A stretch of DNA of 64,000 nucleotides from Podospora anserina (lineage: Eukaryota). The notes beneath the pieces were generated by a model, which was not told the DNA's origin, ran no database searches, and was given only the letters and a program-made list of their open reading frames with translations. Both the position numbers and the translations under genes were made by a program. Position 1 is the first letter of the stretch. Each line of letters begins with the position of its first letter. Shown one piece after another: positions 36,858-49,870 of the stretch. The DNA lies in assembly GCA_017654855.1 (NCBI GenBank), contig JAFMPO010000001.1, forward strand, positions 124,001 to 188,000, read 5' to 3'.

Positions 36858-38016
36858 ATGGCTGGACAGTTTCGCCCTCGAGCAGACCGCAGCGAAAGCA
36901 GTTGTTCCCAGCATCGTGTCCGAAGCGGCAGCCCTCTATACGAAAAGACGTAACCCACGTTTCCTTTCCGTTCCGTAGCACAATGGTATCGATCGCATAA
37001 CAGTACTATCCTCTTATCCGCCAAGCGTTGGAGCTAACTTTTTTTCCGACAGTCTCCACCTTTCTCCATCTCGCCAGTCCAGCCAGGGCCAGGTGCCAAC
37101 CTACCGCAGCCCGACAATCGACTCTTAATCACTCCTGCCCGCGTGCCGCAGGTCGGTATGTAAGCGCCTGCATCGCGAAAGAACTCGACTTGCAGAGGCT
37201 TCACAGGATTTTGAGCTGGCTGTGGGTTGCCGGTCGCCCCATGCCACCGCGTCCGCTGCACCGCCAGCTCCTCCTCTCCCGGGAGCTCTTCGTCACGGAG
37301 CAGATGGACATGCACCTGGTCTGGACGAGTAGCCGACTATTCGTCAAACCAATCCCGCGTTTTCTCCTCGAGCCCGCTTTCTGGACGAAGTATCTCTGTT
37401 GCCAGTCGGGCTGCGGCTGTTCCGCTGCGAGCGAATGCGATCGGCCGACCTTGCGGCGGCGTGCGCTCGGGTCCTGTTCTCGTACGTCGCGCTCATCCCA
37501 CATGAAAGCGACTTTTCCATCGCCCAGGACAAGCACTTGCTGCCGCCGAAGGTAATATGGCCAGCATGGAGGCATTTTATCGAGTAGCTAGACACCGAGC
37601 GTGTCTACTCCAAGGTTAATGCTCGGTTCCACTACGGCGAGCTCCGTCTCTCCCGTCTGAACAAGATATATCTCCTCTCGTAGCGTCCGTTCCTCCTTCG
37701 TCCCTACATGTCACACTGGCAACAATACGGGGCCTTTTTCCAAAACAACTTCGCCTGGCTGGCGTCCGCCACCATCTATATCGCTATCGTCCTCACCGCC
37801 ATACAGGTCGGGCTGGCGACGAAGACGCTAGCCGACAACGACGCCTTCCAATCCGCTTCCTACGGCTTTACTGTTTTCTCTATCCTAGGCCCCCTCGCCG
37901 CCGCCGGGCTTATTGTGTTGGTGTTTTGTTATATGTTTATCGATAACTGGACGGCAACGGTGGCGTATAGAAAGAGAAGACAGCGGCACATAGATAGCAG
38001 CTCGGAGAGTCCATGA
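36858..38016 (+). pseudogene. Fungal conserved membrane protein (DUF6601-like), frameshift and stops
   Basis: ELDLQRL...LWVAGRPMPPRPLHRQ...TEQMDMHLVW...FVKPIPRFLL, frameshift near 37470, then LFSYVALI..ESDF, RFHYGELRLSRLN and two TM helices. TAG stops at about 37585 and 37681. Start uncertain. Confidence 0.7.
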
Positions 38017-39153
38017 TACTGCAACCCAACCATGTAGCTTTCGACTTGATTCAAGTAGCTGATCCTCATTACCCACGAGTGGTCTATTGTGAGACCTATC
38101 GTAATTCAACCATTGCCCCCCAAATGCGTCACTAGACACAGAGCCGAAATGCTTATTTATCCGTGGTATGTCTGCAGGACATTCTGTTTCGTTCTGATGT
38201 ACAGGCAGATACATCTTCCCGACCTAGACAGGGGGTTATCCTGACGGGCTGAGCTCTGTGGTGGCCTTGGCAACCCTCGGCCAGATGAAGCTATTCCTAG
38301 AACACCTAGCCCTGCACACACCACCACACCAGAAACATCCAGAACCTGCTCTCTCCACGCTCAGACTAACGTACACAGCGATACCAGAAGCTCATGCAGA
38401 TGAACCTCCACCTTCTGTTCTATCCTTGCTTCCTTAAGTTTAGTGCTCTCCTAGAATGGCCTAGCTAGTTGCAATACGCTACCGGACTGGTATACCGCAA
38501 TCATCTCGATTTGAAATGATTGATGGCCCTGGGCCACCAGCGAGCCGAAATGATTGTAGGAATCCTGCGGTCAATCATTTCGGCACAGAACGACACCCAA
38601 ACCAGGAAAGAGTGGTTTTGACCGGAGGGACTACTCGTGATTTGCCCAGCAGCCCTGGAATTTGTGGCCCCACCATCTTGCCAGTCCGCCATGCATTTGT
38701 TCCCAAATCAACTCACGAAGCAGAAGGCAGGCCACGACAATCCCGCTTTCAACTCCCAAAGCCCTTTCTTGCTGTATATCGCCGATAAGCGTAGAACAGC
38801 AGTTGCGCCGCGTCTGCTTGTCCAAAGGCATTGCTGGCCCCGGTCGATGTTGTTGCCCGACCCCGCGGATCAATATGATTGGACATGGACACTCCATGGC
38901 ACTTCGAGCTTGCGCCTCCACGCAGTTGAGAGAATCAACAACTCAACTGCTCGCACCAGGCATTTGACCTTTGTCCACCAGAAGCGATCGGTATCAAACA
39001 CTCTTCACCTACCGCCGTCGAACAAGAAAGGCCGGAAGTAGCCTCCACTTGGGAGCAACCGCGCCAACGTTTGTTGAGCCACAGCATCAGCGGTGCGGGG
39101 AACTTTACGATTCTCGGGATTGACCGTGCAAACCCCGCTGCCAGTACCTAGCC

Positions 39154-42100
39154 ATGCCTTCTGTCAATCTCAGCCAGGCCATGCATTTGATCGGATGGAC
39201 CACTGCTCTTTGTCTCTTAGCTGGTGCGATTGCCTCTGGCCTGTGGTTCTATCCCATATTCGCGCGTTCCAAGCCCGCACCGTCGTCTCAGACCGGGGAC
39301 AGCTCAGGCCCCGCACGATCCACGCGACAAGACGTCCGCCTCTGTCAAGTTAACCCTGACAAGAACGAGACAGACACCGACATCGATATCATTGCCATTC
39401 ATGGCCTCGACACAAAGTCGCCGGACACGTGGACATGGGTAGACCCCAACGATCCCAACAATACCGTTAACTGGCTGGCCGACCCGCGAATGCTCCCGAG
39501 TCAAGTGGAAGCAGCTCGCATCTTCACATGCGACTGGCCTGCCGATCTGCTTCAGCCGTCAGACTTGGTCCAGAAGACGGACGACGAGATCGCTTTGCTC
39601 CTATTCGAAGGAATCAAGAGAGATCTCTTGGGAACGCATGATAAAAAGAAAGTAGACCGGCCGATTCTCTTCATCGCTTCCTGCCTTGGGAAAATCATCT
39701 TGGCAAAGGCTCTGGTGGGCGCCGATCATAAACGCAGCAGCTATTATAGTCTGAGGACAGCAACATGTGGGATTATCTTCCTCGCCACCCCGTTTGGAGG
39801 GACTTCGTTCGAAGACGTAGCTATCTGGGCAGATCCAGGTCTGACCGCATGGGCTCTGATCCGTCGCCGAGAAGTGAGTAACCTGCTCGGCTGGGTGAAG
39901 GGATCGACCTTCGCTCTTAAGGTACTAGTTCGGAGGTTCACGCGGCTATGTCAAGATAATCACAACCCCTGCCATGTATTCTGCTTTTACGAACTTGGAA
40001 AAACGAATCTCTGGCGCAAGGTATTTCCTTAGCTACCAGCCTCACTCCCTGGATGGAAGCAGGTAAGAACCGCGACGTACCTTCGTCCCAGAGCTACGAC
40101 TAACGATTCCCAGCTGGTCGACATGAGGTCAGCAATCCTTCAAATCGTCTTTAAACCGCTGCCGCTTGATCGAACCCACCGCCTAATGAATAAATTCGAC
40201 GGCCCTAAATGTCCGGACTACAAACAAGTCTCTGGAAAGATTCTAAAGTTTCTCACGAAGATATATAATGGAACCCCCCTCGCACAGGCGGACGCCAGGA
40301 TTCGCAATGTGCACTATTCGCTGGAACGGCTCAAAATTGAACGACTGTCGGGCGACCTACTACCGATGGGCAGATACTAGATCAATCTGGCCATTGTCGA
40401 GTGGCCTGGCGATAATGCAACTCGCGGAGGAAAAGGAGACACAGCACAACAGTCTTCCCCGTTTTCGCTCCTCGCCCGACTAAATGTGGAGACACCGGAC
40501 AAGACGATCGAGGTCACGCTGCCGACGCTATTTGAGCCCCGCAAGTCACAGGACGGCCAGAAGAAACAGCCAAGTCGTATCCTGATCCGTGGACGGGCAG
40601 GAATAGGTAAGACTACTCTATACAAAAAGATTATCTATAATTTTATATATAACAACCTATAGCAGGGCTTATTCAATCGCGTACTTTAGGTACCACTGCG
40701 GAACCTAAAGGTAGAAAAGAGATAGAGTGCCGGATATAACTTCCGGGATTTGTTTTACCATGAGTATTTCTCTCAAGATCTCGAAGGCCGCGAGCTCTCC
40801 GATGCATTGTGGCGCGTCTTGAAGGACACCAAGAGCGGCAGGACTTTGTTCATCCTCGACGGTTTCGATGAAGTGTCACATGGCCTAGGCGGCGACATGT
40901 CTGTCTTCTTCGAAGAGCTCTTGAATCAGCCAAATGTCATCATCACTGCCCGGCCCAACGCACGGCTTCCTCCTCGGCTAGATCCTCTCGACCTCGAGTT
41001 GGAAACCATTGGATTCTACCCGGACCAAATCACGGCCTACATTGAAAACACCTTTACCGATCGAGAAACGAGCGAACGCGATTTGGAAAAGATCAAAGAG
41101 GTTCAATCGTTTCTGCAACGCCATCCGCTCATGCAAGGTCTAATGCGTATCCCGATCCAGCTAGATGCGTTTTGCTATACCTGGAATGGTTTTCCTCGGG
41201 CAGGTGTGCCGGAGACCATGACAGCTGTCTACAAAGCTATCGAGGAGAGTCTGTGGAAAAAAGATATCTTGAAGCTACAGAAAAAGAAGGATGGTGAGCC
41301 TGTAACGGGAGACCAGATTAAGAAGGCTAGCCGGAAAAAGATTGAAAGCTTCGTGGAGCAGGAGCTCAGATTCCTTGAGTGCCTTGCCTTTTTGGGGTTC
41401 TATGACGACGTGATAGACTTCGATTGGGAACTTCGAAACGCTGTTTCTGATAGATTTGCATCAGATCTCCTACTCGACAAAGATCTGCCTTGTCTCTCAT
41501 TCCTACGAACGTCGGACCCTTCATCAAACGACCAAGATCGAAATTACCACTTCTTACACCTCACGTTTCAAGAGTATTTTGCAGCACGGTATTTCATTCG
41601 ACAGTGGAAAGATAAACAACAGCTCAATTATCTGCAACTCAGCCGTGACAATTGTAACAATATGGAACCTGCCACTTTCCTTAAGAAGTATAAATACGAT
41701 CCTCGCTACGATATCTTCTGGCGCTTTGTCGCAGGATTACTCGATGCCGATGACATGGCCCTCGACTTCTTCCAGATGATTGAGAAGGAACCACGCGATC
41801 TCCTAGGACCTACGCACCAACGCCTTATCATACATTGCCTAAGCGAAGTTGAGCGGAAGGAGTCGAATTTCACGGGACTTCGAGCGAGGCTAGAAAACCA
41901 ACTAGAACAGTGGCTACTGTTTGAATCCGATTCTACGGGGAATTCCGAACTAGTCCATGAAATGGAGTGTCCGGGGCAGGTCCTGTCCAATGTATTAACG
42001 CAAGCATCTGAAGGCGCAAGAACGGTTCTTCTCGAATCACTATCTAGACGAACAGCAGTGCCGTTCAGTGTTATAAAAGTCGTATCTCCCTGGCTGACCA

Positions 42101-42900
42101 ACCGCACCTCTGCACACCAATGTGCTGCTATCTTGCGTATGTTAGGAAACCAGCATAATAACTTACCGGACAAGATCCACCAAAGCATCGCAGCACGGCT
42201 CGAGGATGAGGACTGGGGCGTCCGGGAGGCAGCAATGGGGGCGCTTGGAGGCCGCGCCGACCTCCCCGACTAGGTGCTCCAAAGCATCGCAGCACGGCTC
42301 GAGGATGAGGACCGGGGCGTCCGGGGGGCAGCAATCGACGCGCTTGGAGGCCGCGCCGACCTCCCCGACTAGGTGCTCCAAAGCATCGCAGCACGGCTCG
42401 AGGATGAGGACCAGAGCGTCCGGGGGGCAGCAATGGGGGCGCTTGGAGGCCGCGCCGACCTCCCCGACCAGGTGCTCCAAAGCATCGCAGCACGGCTCGA
42501 GGATGAGGACCAGGGCGTCCGGGAGGCAGCAATCTGGGCGCTTGGAGGCCGCGCCGACCTCCCCGACCAGGTGCTCCAAAGCATCGCAGCACGGCTCGAG
42601 CATGAGGACCAGGGCGTCCGGGAGGCAGCAATCTGGGCGCTTCGACGCCGCGCCGACCTCCCCGACTAGGTGCTCCAAAGCATCGCAGCACGGCTCGAGG
42701 ATGAGGACTAGGGCGTCCGGGGGGCAGCAATGGGGGCGCTTCTATATTAATCAGTATTACCGTTATATATCCTCATCCTATATATCCGATCCTTTTACGA
42801 CGCTTTACTCCAGAAAAGCTTCAGGGAGCATTTATACTAGTACGCTTCGGAAAGTAGTTTTATAGGGACTAATCTTGGACATATTTCTTTAACCGGCGAG
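39154..42900 (+). pseudogene. NLR: SesB-like alpha/beta hydrolase - NACHT - HEAT repeats; RIP-inactivated
   Basis: IDIIAIHGL, RPILFIASCLG, GIIFLATPFGG (hydrolase); intron 40063-40113; ILIRGRAGIGKTTL (Walker A), LFILDGFDEV (Walker B), IPIQLDAFC, YHFLHLTFQEYFAA; 33-aa HEAT-like repeats. TAG stops at about 40030, 40378, 40660, 40687, 40723 and within the repeats. Confidence 0.9.
42181..42741 (+). repeat. 99-bp tandem HEAT-coding repeat, about 5.7 near-identical copies
   Basis: Units start at 42181, 42280, 42379, 42478, 42577 and 42676; consensus QSIAARLEDEDxGVRxAAxxALGGRADLPDQVL. Confidence 0.95.
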
Positions 42901-43412
42901 CAACATAACGTAAAGGAGGCAGTAAGGAAGCTACTATTAGAGAAGGGCACTGCCAACGTAAATGATGGACGTAGACGGCTGCCGTCACACTTAGCTGCTG
43001 AGAACTGGGAGGAACCGGTGGTATAGTTATTACGGCCGAGGCTATAAAACAACTTATTCGTTCTACGTTCATATTCGCACTTTTCTCCTTCCAGTTTTTT
43101 TTATCTTTAAACATAGCGTGCCACCAGAAGGGTCCGGGAGAACGTGTGAATATATACTTGTTTGTGAGTTCTAGCATCTTCCAGATATTTATTTCTCACA
43201 AAATAATAACTCACTTGCTACTGACCTCATTCTACATTGAGCGTCAACTCTCGTCACGTTATCATCATGCGAAGAGAACTATTGTGCCGCCTTTGGAGGG
43301 CTCCTCCGGACTGGCTCATTGTATCACACTCTTACCGCTCCGCCGCATGCTGATAATGTGTAGGCTACAACTCACGACCCCACAGCCGATCATGATCTGC
43401 ACGTGGACCCAC

Positions 43413-43763
43413 TGTCACGGCGGTTGGCTTGCGTCAGCATCAGACGACAACACCATCAAGATCTGGGATGCGGCAACGGGGTCATGTACCCAGACGCTTG
43501 AGGGACATCGCCATTCCGTCTGGTCGGTAGCGTCTTCCCTCAACTCGAAGGTGATTGCATCCAAGTCAGATGATGCCAACCCCCCACATTATCAAGGCTA
43601 TGGGATAGACTTGAGCCAAAGATGGATTACGAGGGGCTCAGAAAACTGGCTATGGCTGCCTCTGGAATATCAGTCAAGGCGTTCAGCTGTAGCGGCATCA
43701 ACAGTTGCTAATGGCTGTTCTTCGGGACGCGTCCTAACTATCACGTTCACGACAGACAGCTAA
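43413..43763 (+). pseudogene. 3' fragment of an HNWD/NWD-type WD40 NLR gene
   Basis: WLASASDDNTIKIWDAATGSCTQTLEGH..SVWSV closely resembles HET-E/HNWD repeats. It is followed by the typical tail GYGID...WITRGSENWLWLPLEY...GCSSGRVL. Confidence 0.8.
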
Positions 43764-44679
43764 GCTGCCCTTTCATTCTTTCTCTCTCTCTTTTTCTCTC
43801 TCTCTCTCTCTCTTTTTTTTTCTATCATAGCGTGACACAGGAGGGGTCTGGGGGGCTCCATTAATTTATAGCCCGTCGCGATACTCTAGATCCTTCTAGA
43901 TCCCGCCTCTTTCATCAATTCAAGTATTCTGTTTCGTCATGAAGACAAGTGGTAGAGACGTCATAAAGCTATGGCCCACTCGAACAACTCGAGATCGGAT
44001 TAGTTGGCTTGACGTAGTTCCAAGCTCTTACGTATCACAATACTCCTTCCGCCAGAAGACGAGGCAATTATATCCCAAGGAGACAGCATAGAGGTCATCA
44101 TATTTTTTGAGCACGCTACTTAGAGGAAAGAAAGCTGAGCGACAGATCAGTGCTGTGACGTTTAGCCCCATGAAACTGGTGTTATTTCTGATTAGCCATT
44201 GTGGTGTCGCTTCTGATAAGGGCCTTATCGTGCCTTCCAAAATCCGGATCTGGCATTTACCCTGATGACGCACGTTGCAGAGCCGCAGCACCTTGGCAAT
44301 TCCAAAAGCGGCTAATGCACACACTTCCCCTACATTCGCAACTACATGTCACGGAAGAGGTAGATAATCGAGGCAACCTATGATAAGTCTGGCCAATCTG
44401 ATGAAATAGTATGCTAAAGAGGGAAAACAGCAAAGTAAACAAAGTCTGGCTGCAAGCAGGGCTTTAGAAATGGCCAAGCTTAGACCTGTGAAAGCACCCA
44501 TGTGACTCTCACGTGCCATACTTCAACTTGCCCTCCATGTCACCTGATTTCTCCTCCGCATCACCGTTTGCTTCGCTCCATCCACCGGCCCATCATCGTC
44601 AGCGTGATCTGGATCTTGGCCCTCTGCTGACTTCCTCACAAGCCGCTCTTTGGTGGATAGCTTCATCCAGGCCGATGGT

Positions 44680-45000
44680 TGCCGAGGACCATGCCAGGGC
44701 TCAGCCCGTTACAGAGTCGATTTGGTACTTCAAACGGCCATAGAAATCTTCATACGCCTCACGAGTAGATCCACGGACTCGAGCACTCTCTAACAAGGTC
44801 GAATTCTTCGTTTTAACGCGAGGGTTGCGCTTCAAATAGCGGTCGATCCAGCGGGGGCTCAGGGACTCAATATCGCCGCCCTCAAGAAGTATCTCTTGGG
44901 CGAAGGCAGTCACTTGCTTCTTGCTTGGCGCACGGCCAGCCTTTCCAAATTAATACACCAGTCTGCAAGGAAGTCTTCTTGCGCAGGAGAGAGCCGTTGC
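44680..45000 (-). mobile_element. Fot1/pogo transposase CENP-B HTH fragment
   Basis: RLSPAQEDFLADW...AGRAPSKKQVTAFAQEIL...WIDRYLKRNP...LESARVRG. Confidence 0.7.
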
Positions 45001-45455
45001 TTGGATATCTTGCTTGTTTTTGTCAGAATAGTCAACCGGGCCCACTGTTAAGGAATTAATATCTTGGCAGTGGGACCTGGGCCACAGGGTTCGGCCTCTT
45101 CCAGCCACCTGGGCAACTCACCCTCGTACAACACCACAATTGAATACCTTTTTGGGCCCCACATACTATTCAACAGATCGCGACAAGGGCGGTCGCGCGC
45201 GTCGCATGGGAAGTTATGATCCGTTCGCTTATCACGCACGTTATTAGCACTGTGATGCCAGCAAGAGCAATGGTGTAAATATGCCTTTCCGCTCGTATGA
45301 TCAGCCCCCTGCGTCTGTACACCTGCGCCACATGGGTTACCTCAGCCCCTGCATAAGCGCATATAAAGAATCCCATATGCCGTAGAGCACTCACACAATC
45401 ACATTCACACCAATGGACCAACACAGAGTGAAGTTCGATTTCACCTTGGACAAGT

Positions 45456-48062
45456 ATGTCGGCTTCTCATCCCTCGCAGCAGGCATTCGAAGCCGCCAAA
45501 AAGGCATTCAAGCAGAGTTTGAAAGACGAGAACTTGTTTGGAAAACTGCTCGCAACCACCAGCATAGAGCAGGTCTACGAAGCCGTACAAGATATCCAGG
45601 CAAGCGCTCATGTAGAACGACGCCTCCGACACCTAGGCAAGATCCGCACGTTCATCGAAAAATAAACCGAATATGTTTCTGTCGTTGACACGTTGGTGCA
45701 GGTCAAGCCGGATATACTGGCACTGATTTGGGGACCTATTCGTTTATTGGTAGTATGGACGAGCAGTATCACAAAGTTTGCCGATGCTGTCACCGATGCC
45801 ATGGAAAAGATTGGTGACGCGCTGCCACATGCTCTGAGGTCGGCCAACATATTTAACGACAATGACAAGTTGAAGGCACTTCTGGAATTATTTTACGGGG
45901 ACATCCTCGACTTCTACATAATTGCCTTGAAATTCTTTAGTTTATCTCGTAAGTACATTCGCTCGTCAGCTTCAAATATCAGGTATATACTTACCACCAC
46001 CAGGGTCGGACCTTGTCTTTGAAGCGGTGTGGCCAAAGCAACGGAACAAGATCGATGTCGTTGTAAGCAACATCAAACGGCATACAACTCTGATGAGGAG
46101 CGAGGTGACAATGCAGCACATAAGTGCAGAGCACGAATTTCGAGACAAGTGTTTGGCACATTTTGATCACGAGACAGATTTCCAAGAGCTACAAAGGTTC
46201 CAGACACTCAAGATTCGCGTCTCCCCTCGGATCTATGACGATCGACTGGACTGGTTGCTGAATCGATCGTCCAAAAATTCAGCCGAGTGGCTTGCTGCCG
46301 ACAATATTTTTCGAGGATGGCTCGACCATCTCCAACTCAGCTGTGCGACTGTTGTGATTACATGGCATTCCAGGAGCAGGTAAACTCTCTTTGTCCCTTG
46401 ACTCAACAATGTTTGTCAGAAACTGATATTGCACTCTAGGCAAAACCTTTCTCTCTGCAGCTGCCATCGACGAGGCTAAGACACGCCACCGAACACTTTT
46501 TGTATTTGTGAGCCACATCTATCAAAACAGCACTACAGCCAGATCCATTCTCCAGTCACTGCTCTTCCAGTTGGCGTTTGACGTCAAGGATGCCCAGTCT
46601 CTCCTAGTCGAATCAAACGAACGAGAACTGCTCGGCAGCACTAGACACGTCCTAGGGTTGCTTAGAACGCTCCTTGGTACTCCTACTGCTGGGCCAACGT
46701 ATATTATTCTCGATGGGCTGGACGAGATGGAGGTTGTCGAACGCGGGATATTGTTACAGCAACTGACTGACTTGGAAAGCTGTCCCGAGTTAAAGATACT
46801 CATCAGTAGTCGGCGTGAGGATGACATTGCTAGTATTTTAGGCGCTAAAGCCACCGAAATCAGGGTGGATAAGAGAAATTCCGACAGTATCCAGGCATAT
46901 ATCAACCAGAGGACTCAGAACTGGATACGGACTGCGAACTTCGAGCAAGAAATACGAAATCGAGTCGAGCGTCTGCTAGCACCCGTAGCTAAAAACGCGA
47001 ACGGTAAGTGATTACTTCTAACCTCCTGCCACCCGGGTTCCGCCCATCGCAAATCTAGTTCGAGTTTGCTGATTATGTGGCACAGGCATGTTTCTCTATG
47101 CTCGCATCATTCTGGATAACGCCGAAACGTGCAACGGTCTTGAAGAAATTGAACGAGAACTCAGAGTACTCCCCGTCGACTTGCATGACGCGTGAGTGTA
47201 GTGGTGGAATCATTTGTCATCACGGAGACTGAGTAATATTTTAGGTACCACCGTATCCTTGCTCGAATCGGCCAATCCTCTTCAACCTTGCGACACAAAG
47301 CGATGTTGATCCTCGGCTGGATTGGATCATCCCCTATTCCCATGACGCGGCACGAGATGGAACAAGCCTTATTAGTCGACTCAAGCTCAAATGCAGCTCC
47401 CGCCGTTATCGCCGAGGTAAATTTTGTCCACATTTGCGGCCCAGTCATAGAAGTTGTAGATGATAGTCTGCAGTTTGTACATTTCACCGTCAAGGAGTAA
47501 GTGAATTGAAACTCTGCCACGGTGATGTCTGAAACACTGATAAAACTGCAGATATATTTTCAGTCGAGAAGTCAGTGGATTCATCGATCACGCTGAAGCC
47601 AATCACAGCCTTACAAAGACTCTACTAAGCTATCTTTGCTCTGGGGCCTTCGACGCGGCACTCCCAGACGAAAAACTTCAACAGAACATCCTGGCCGGAA
47701 TATACCGCCTCCATTGGTATGCTACAAGCCAATGGATTGTGCTCGTCAGACGTTGTGTAGAAAAGTCCAAGGACCTGTCCGCCTACCCGGACTTGCTCGA
47801 GCCCCTCACACACCTGGTGCTGGAGCTGAGGAGTCATTCCTTCAATGGCCAAGTGGACTTCAACGACCGTGCTATCCGGGCCATGGTGCCAGACCGGCCT
47901 GAAATTTCCCAATTCGTCTGCGGAATCCTGCAGTTTCGACAAGACGATAGACAGGCAGATTGGAATTACACAAATAGTATGTTACGCAAGCTGCAACCCC
48001 TCGACTTGAAGGTCATACAAATCACAAAGCTAATTCGACCATCATCCCCACAGGTTGCACAT
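45456..48062 (+). pseudogene. Goodbye-like - NACHT NLR, disrupted and 3'-truncated
   Basis: QVKPDILALIWGPIRLL (Goodbye-like); LHGIPGA|GKTFLS (Walker A split by an intron); YIILDGLDEM; GMFLYARII; QFVHFTVKE|Y. Stop at 45663, frameshift at about 46330; ends at an LTR remnant. Confidence 0.85.
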
Positions 48063-48256
48063 GGATCATTCTGTTTCTCCCCGGGTTATAACCGACTCTT
48101 AAGGATCATAAGTGATTCCTGGGAATCGCTCATAATTCCTTCATGCCCCGGATAATCCACCTCTTATTGGTCCATCCTCCTTTCTCTTGATTGGCTGCCG
48201 TGTCTCCTCTCTCCTATTGGTTATTCTTTTCGGGTGTCCACATCATATTCGTGACA
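48063..48256 (-). mobile_element. Partial LTR (variable half related to the 53059 copy)
   Basis: GGATCATTCT...GGATCATAA.TGA.TCC...GGATAATCCACCTC.TATTGGTCCATCCT shared with 53272-53560; ends CGTGACA. Confidence 0.7.
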
Positions 48257-49099
48257 GTTTTGTTCCCGCTTGTGTCTCTTGGTGGCACTGTCGGCGTAGC
48301 AACGGGAGGCGCGGCGGGGTGGATTAATGTGGCTAGCAGCGGGGTGTTCGTGGGGTGGCTGTGATGTGGCCGGTCACCGGACGCGGTGGGATTTGCTGGC
48401 AGCGGCGCAATGTTGTTTGTCGAGTCAATGCAATGCTTACGCATTAAAGTGGAAAAGTCCTCGATCGGGTGCTTGTGATTAACTGGAGGATCGGTGGAAC
48501 TACTGCAGGTTTGAATTGATTGAGGAGCGGGAACAACTTGGTCTGGCCGAACAGTTAACGGCCTGGCTGCGCTGCGATATAGGCCCGAGGACTCGGTGCC
48601 ATCCAGCTGGGATGTGAGAGTTTGGCCAGTAGCGGATTGTAGTATAGTAACAGCAGTGGTTAGCGCCAACCCTCCGGTTCTTAAACGCTTCCTTGATGTC
48701 TCTGTGGGCGTCGGCGGGGCATTCGTGGGGTTATTATCGGAAGGTTGACTTGACCGATCACCGGGCGCGGTGCGAGTCGCCGGCAGCAGTATTGATAGCG
48801 TGGGAGTCGTCGTCGGATTCGCTGTGGAAGAGGGTCCTGAGGTTCCGGTTGTTAATTAGGTGGAAGTAAGATAAATTATAACTTAAAGGTTTACCCTTAA
48901 TCGTTTGCTTGCAGGCGCACTGAAGGCGCACCGTTGTGCTGCATAAAGAGCAAGTCATTGTCCATGGCGAAACAGTAGTCTGCGATTGGGATAGCGGAAT
49001 CGTCACTGCAGAGTCGCCCAGGGCGGCAACACTATGGAGCCTCGAATCGTTTACCCACTTCGACGACGTCCCATTAGGCTGGTTCGAGGAATTAATAGA

Positions 49100-49870
49100 G
49101 ACGGCTAAGCCGATATATTAGCACGACCCAGGGCCAATATATTATGCCAGCTTACTGTGTAAAGGTCTTGTGTCCACCTCTTGTTGAGACGCAGCCCCTC
49201 CTTGTAGCAGCGAACTAATTGTAATAGGTTGGGTAGAATTGGAACTGGGCAGCGCTTGAACCAAGGGCGGTCGGACCTTATCAACAGCAACTAGGCTATT
49301 GTTAGTTTATACAACTTAACAAACTGTGGAGGCTTACATTTCCGGAATGTCAAGTATGCTGGGTCACTTATCGCAGTCCCCAGACAGGCTTGCCAGAGCT
49401 TTGGGCTGTTGTGCCAATATAGCGGCTCGATATGCTTCGGAGCAGTTAAGCAAAATGCCTCCAGAGTCGATGTAGCGTTGTCGGCGATATCCTTCGATTT
49501 AAGGAGGACCCCGACGGCAGGGAGTATTTCATGCTCTAGCTGTTGGAAGCAACGTCTCTTTGTGGTATCTCCGAGGACACCCGGAATAAATACCATCTCA
49601 AGGAATTTGTAGACCCGACTGAAATCTTTTTTCGAAAGCGACACATTATTTGGGTAACGCGCAAGTGCATCCGCAAGGATTTTCGCAGCTTTCTCGTCTG
49701 GCTTCATGGCACTGAAAAAAGACGAGCTCTTAAGCAAAGATTTTTTGGCGGTGACGCTCTTGCACAGACTTTCGATAGGTTCTTTAGCAAGATTTAAGGG
49801 AGGAGTTCTTGAACAGGATTTCTGCGGAGCTCCTTAATAGGGATCTTCACGGTGGAGACAGTAGTCTCTT
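49100..49870 (-). pseudogene. Hypothetical gene fragment
   Basis: A protein-like 148-aa ORF (49291-49737) with a probable intron downstream; no family recognised. Confidence 0.3.

Noticed and set aside
38195-38503. Possible solo LTR (TGA...TCA, LTR-like composition)
   Set aside because: No TSD and no second copy in the window.
40030-42711. TAG stops as A-to-I editing-corrected codons
   Set aside because: Some replace TGG, but those in the repeats replace CAG and nearby sequence shows RIP-type changes, so editing would not restore the protein.
42181-42741. Regular repeat array as a possible CRISPR
   Set aside because: The units are contiguous 99-bp in-frame coding repeats with no unique spacers, and the context is eukaryotic.
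42128-42865. Alternative-frame and antisense repeat ORFs
   Set aside because: They are shadows of the GC-rich HEAT repeat.
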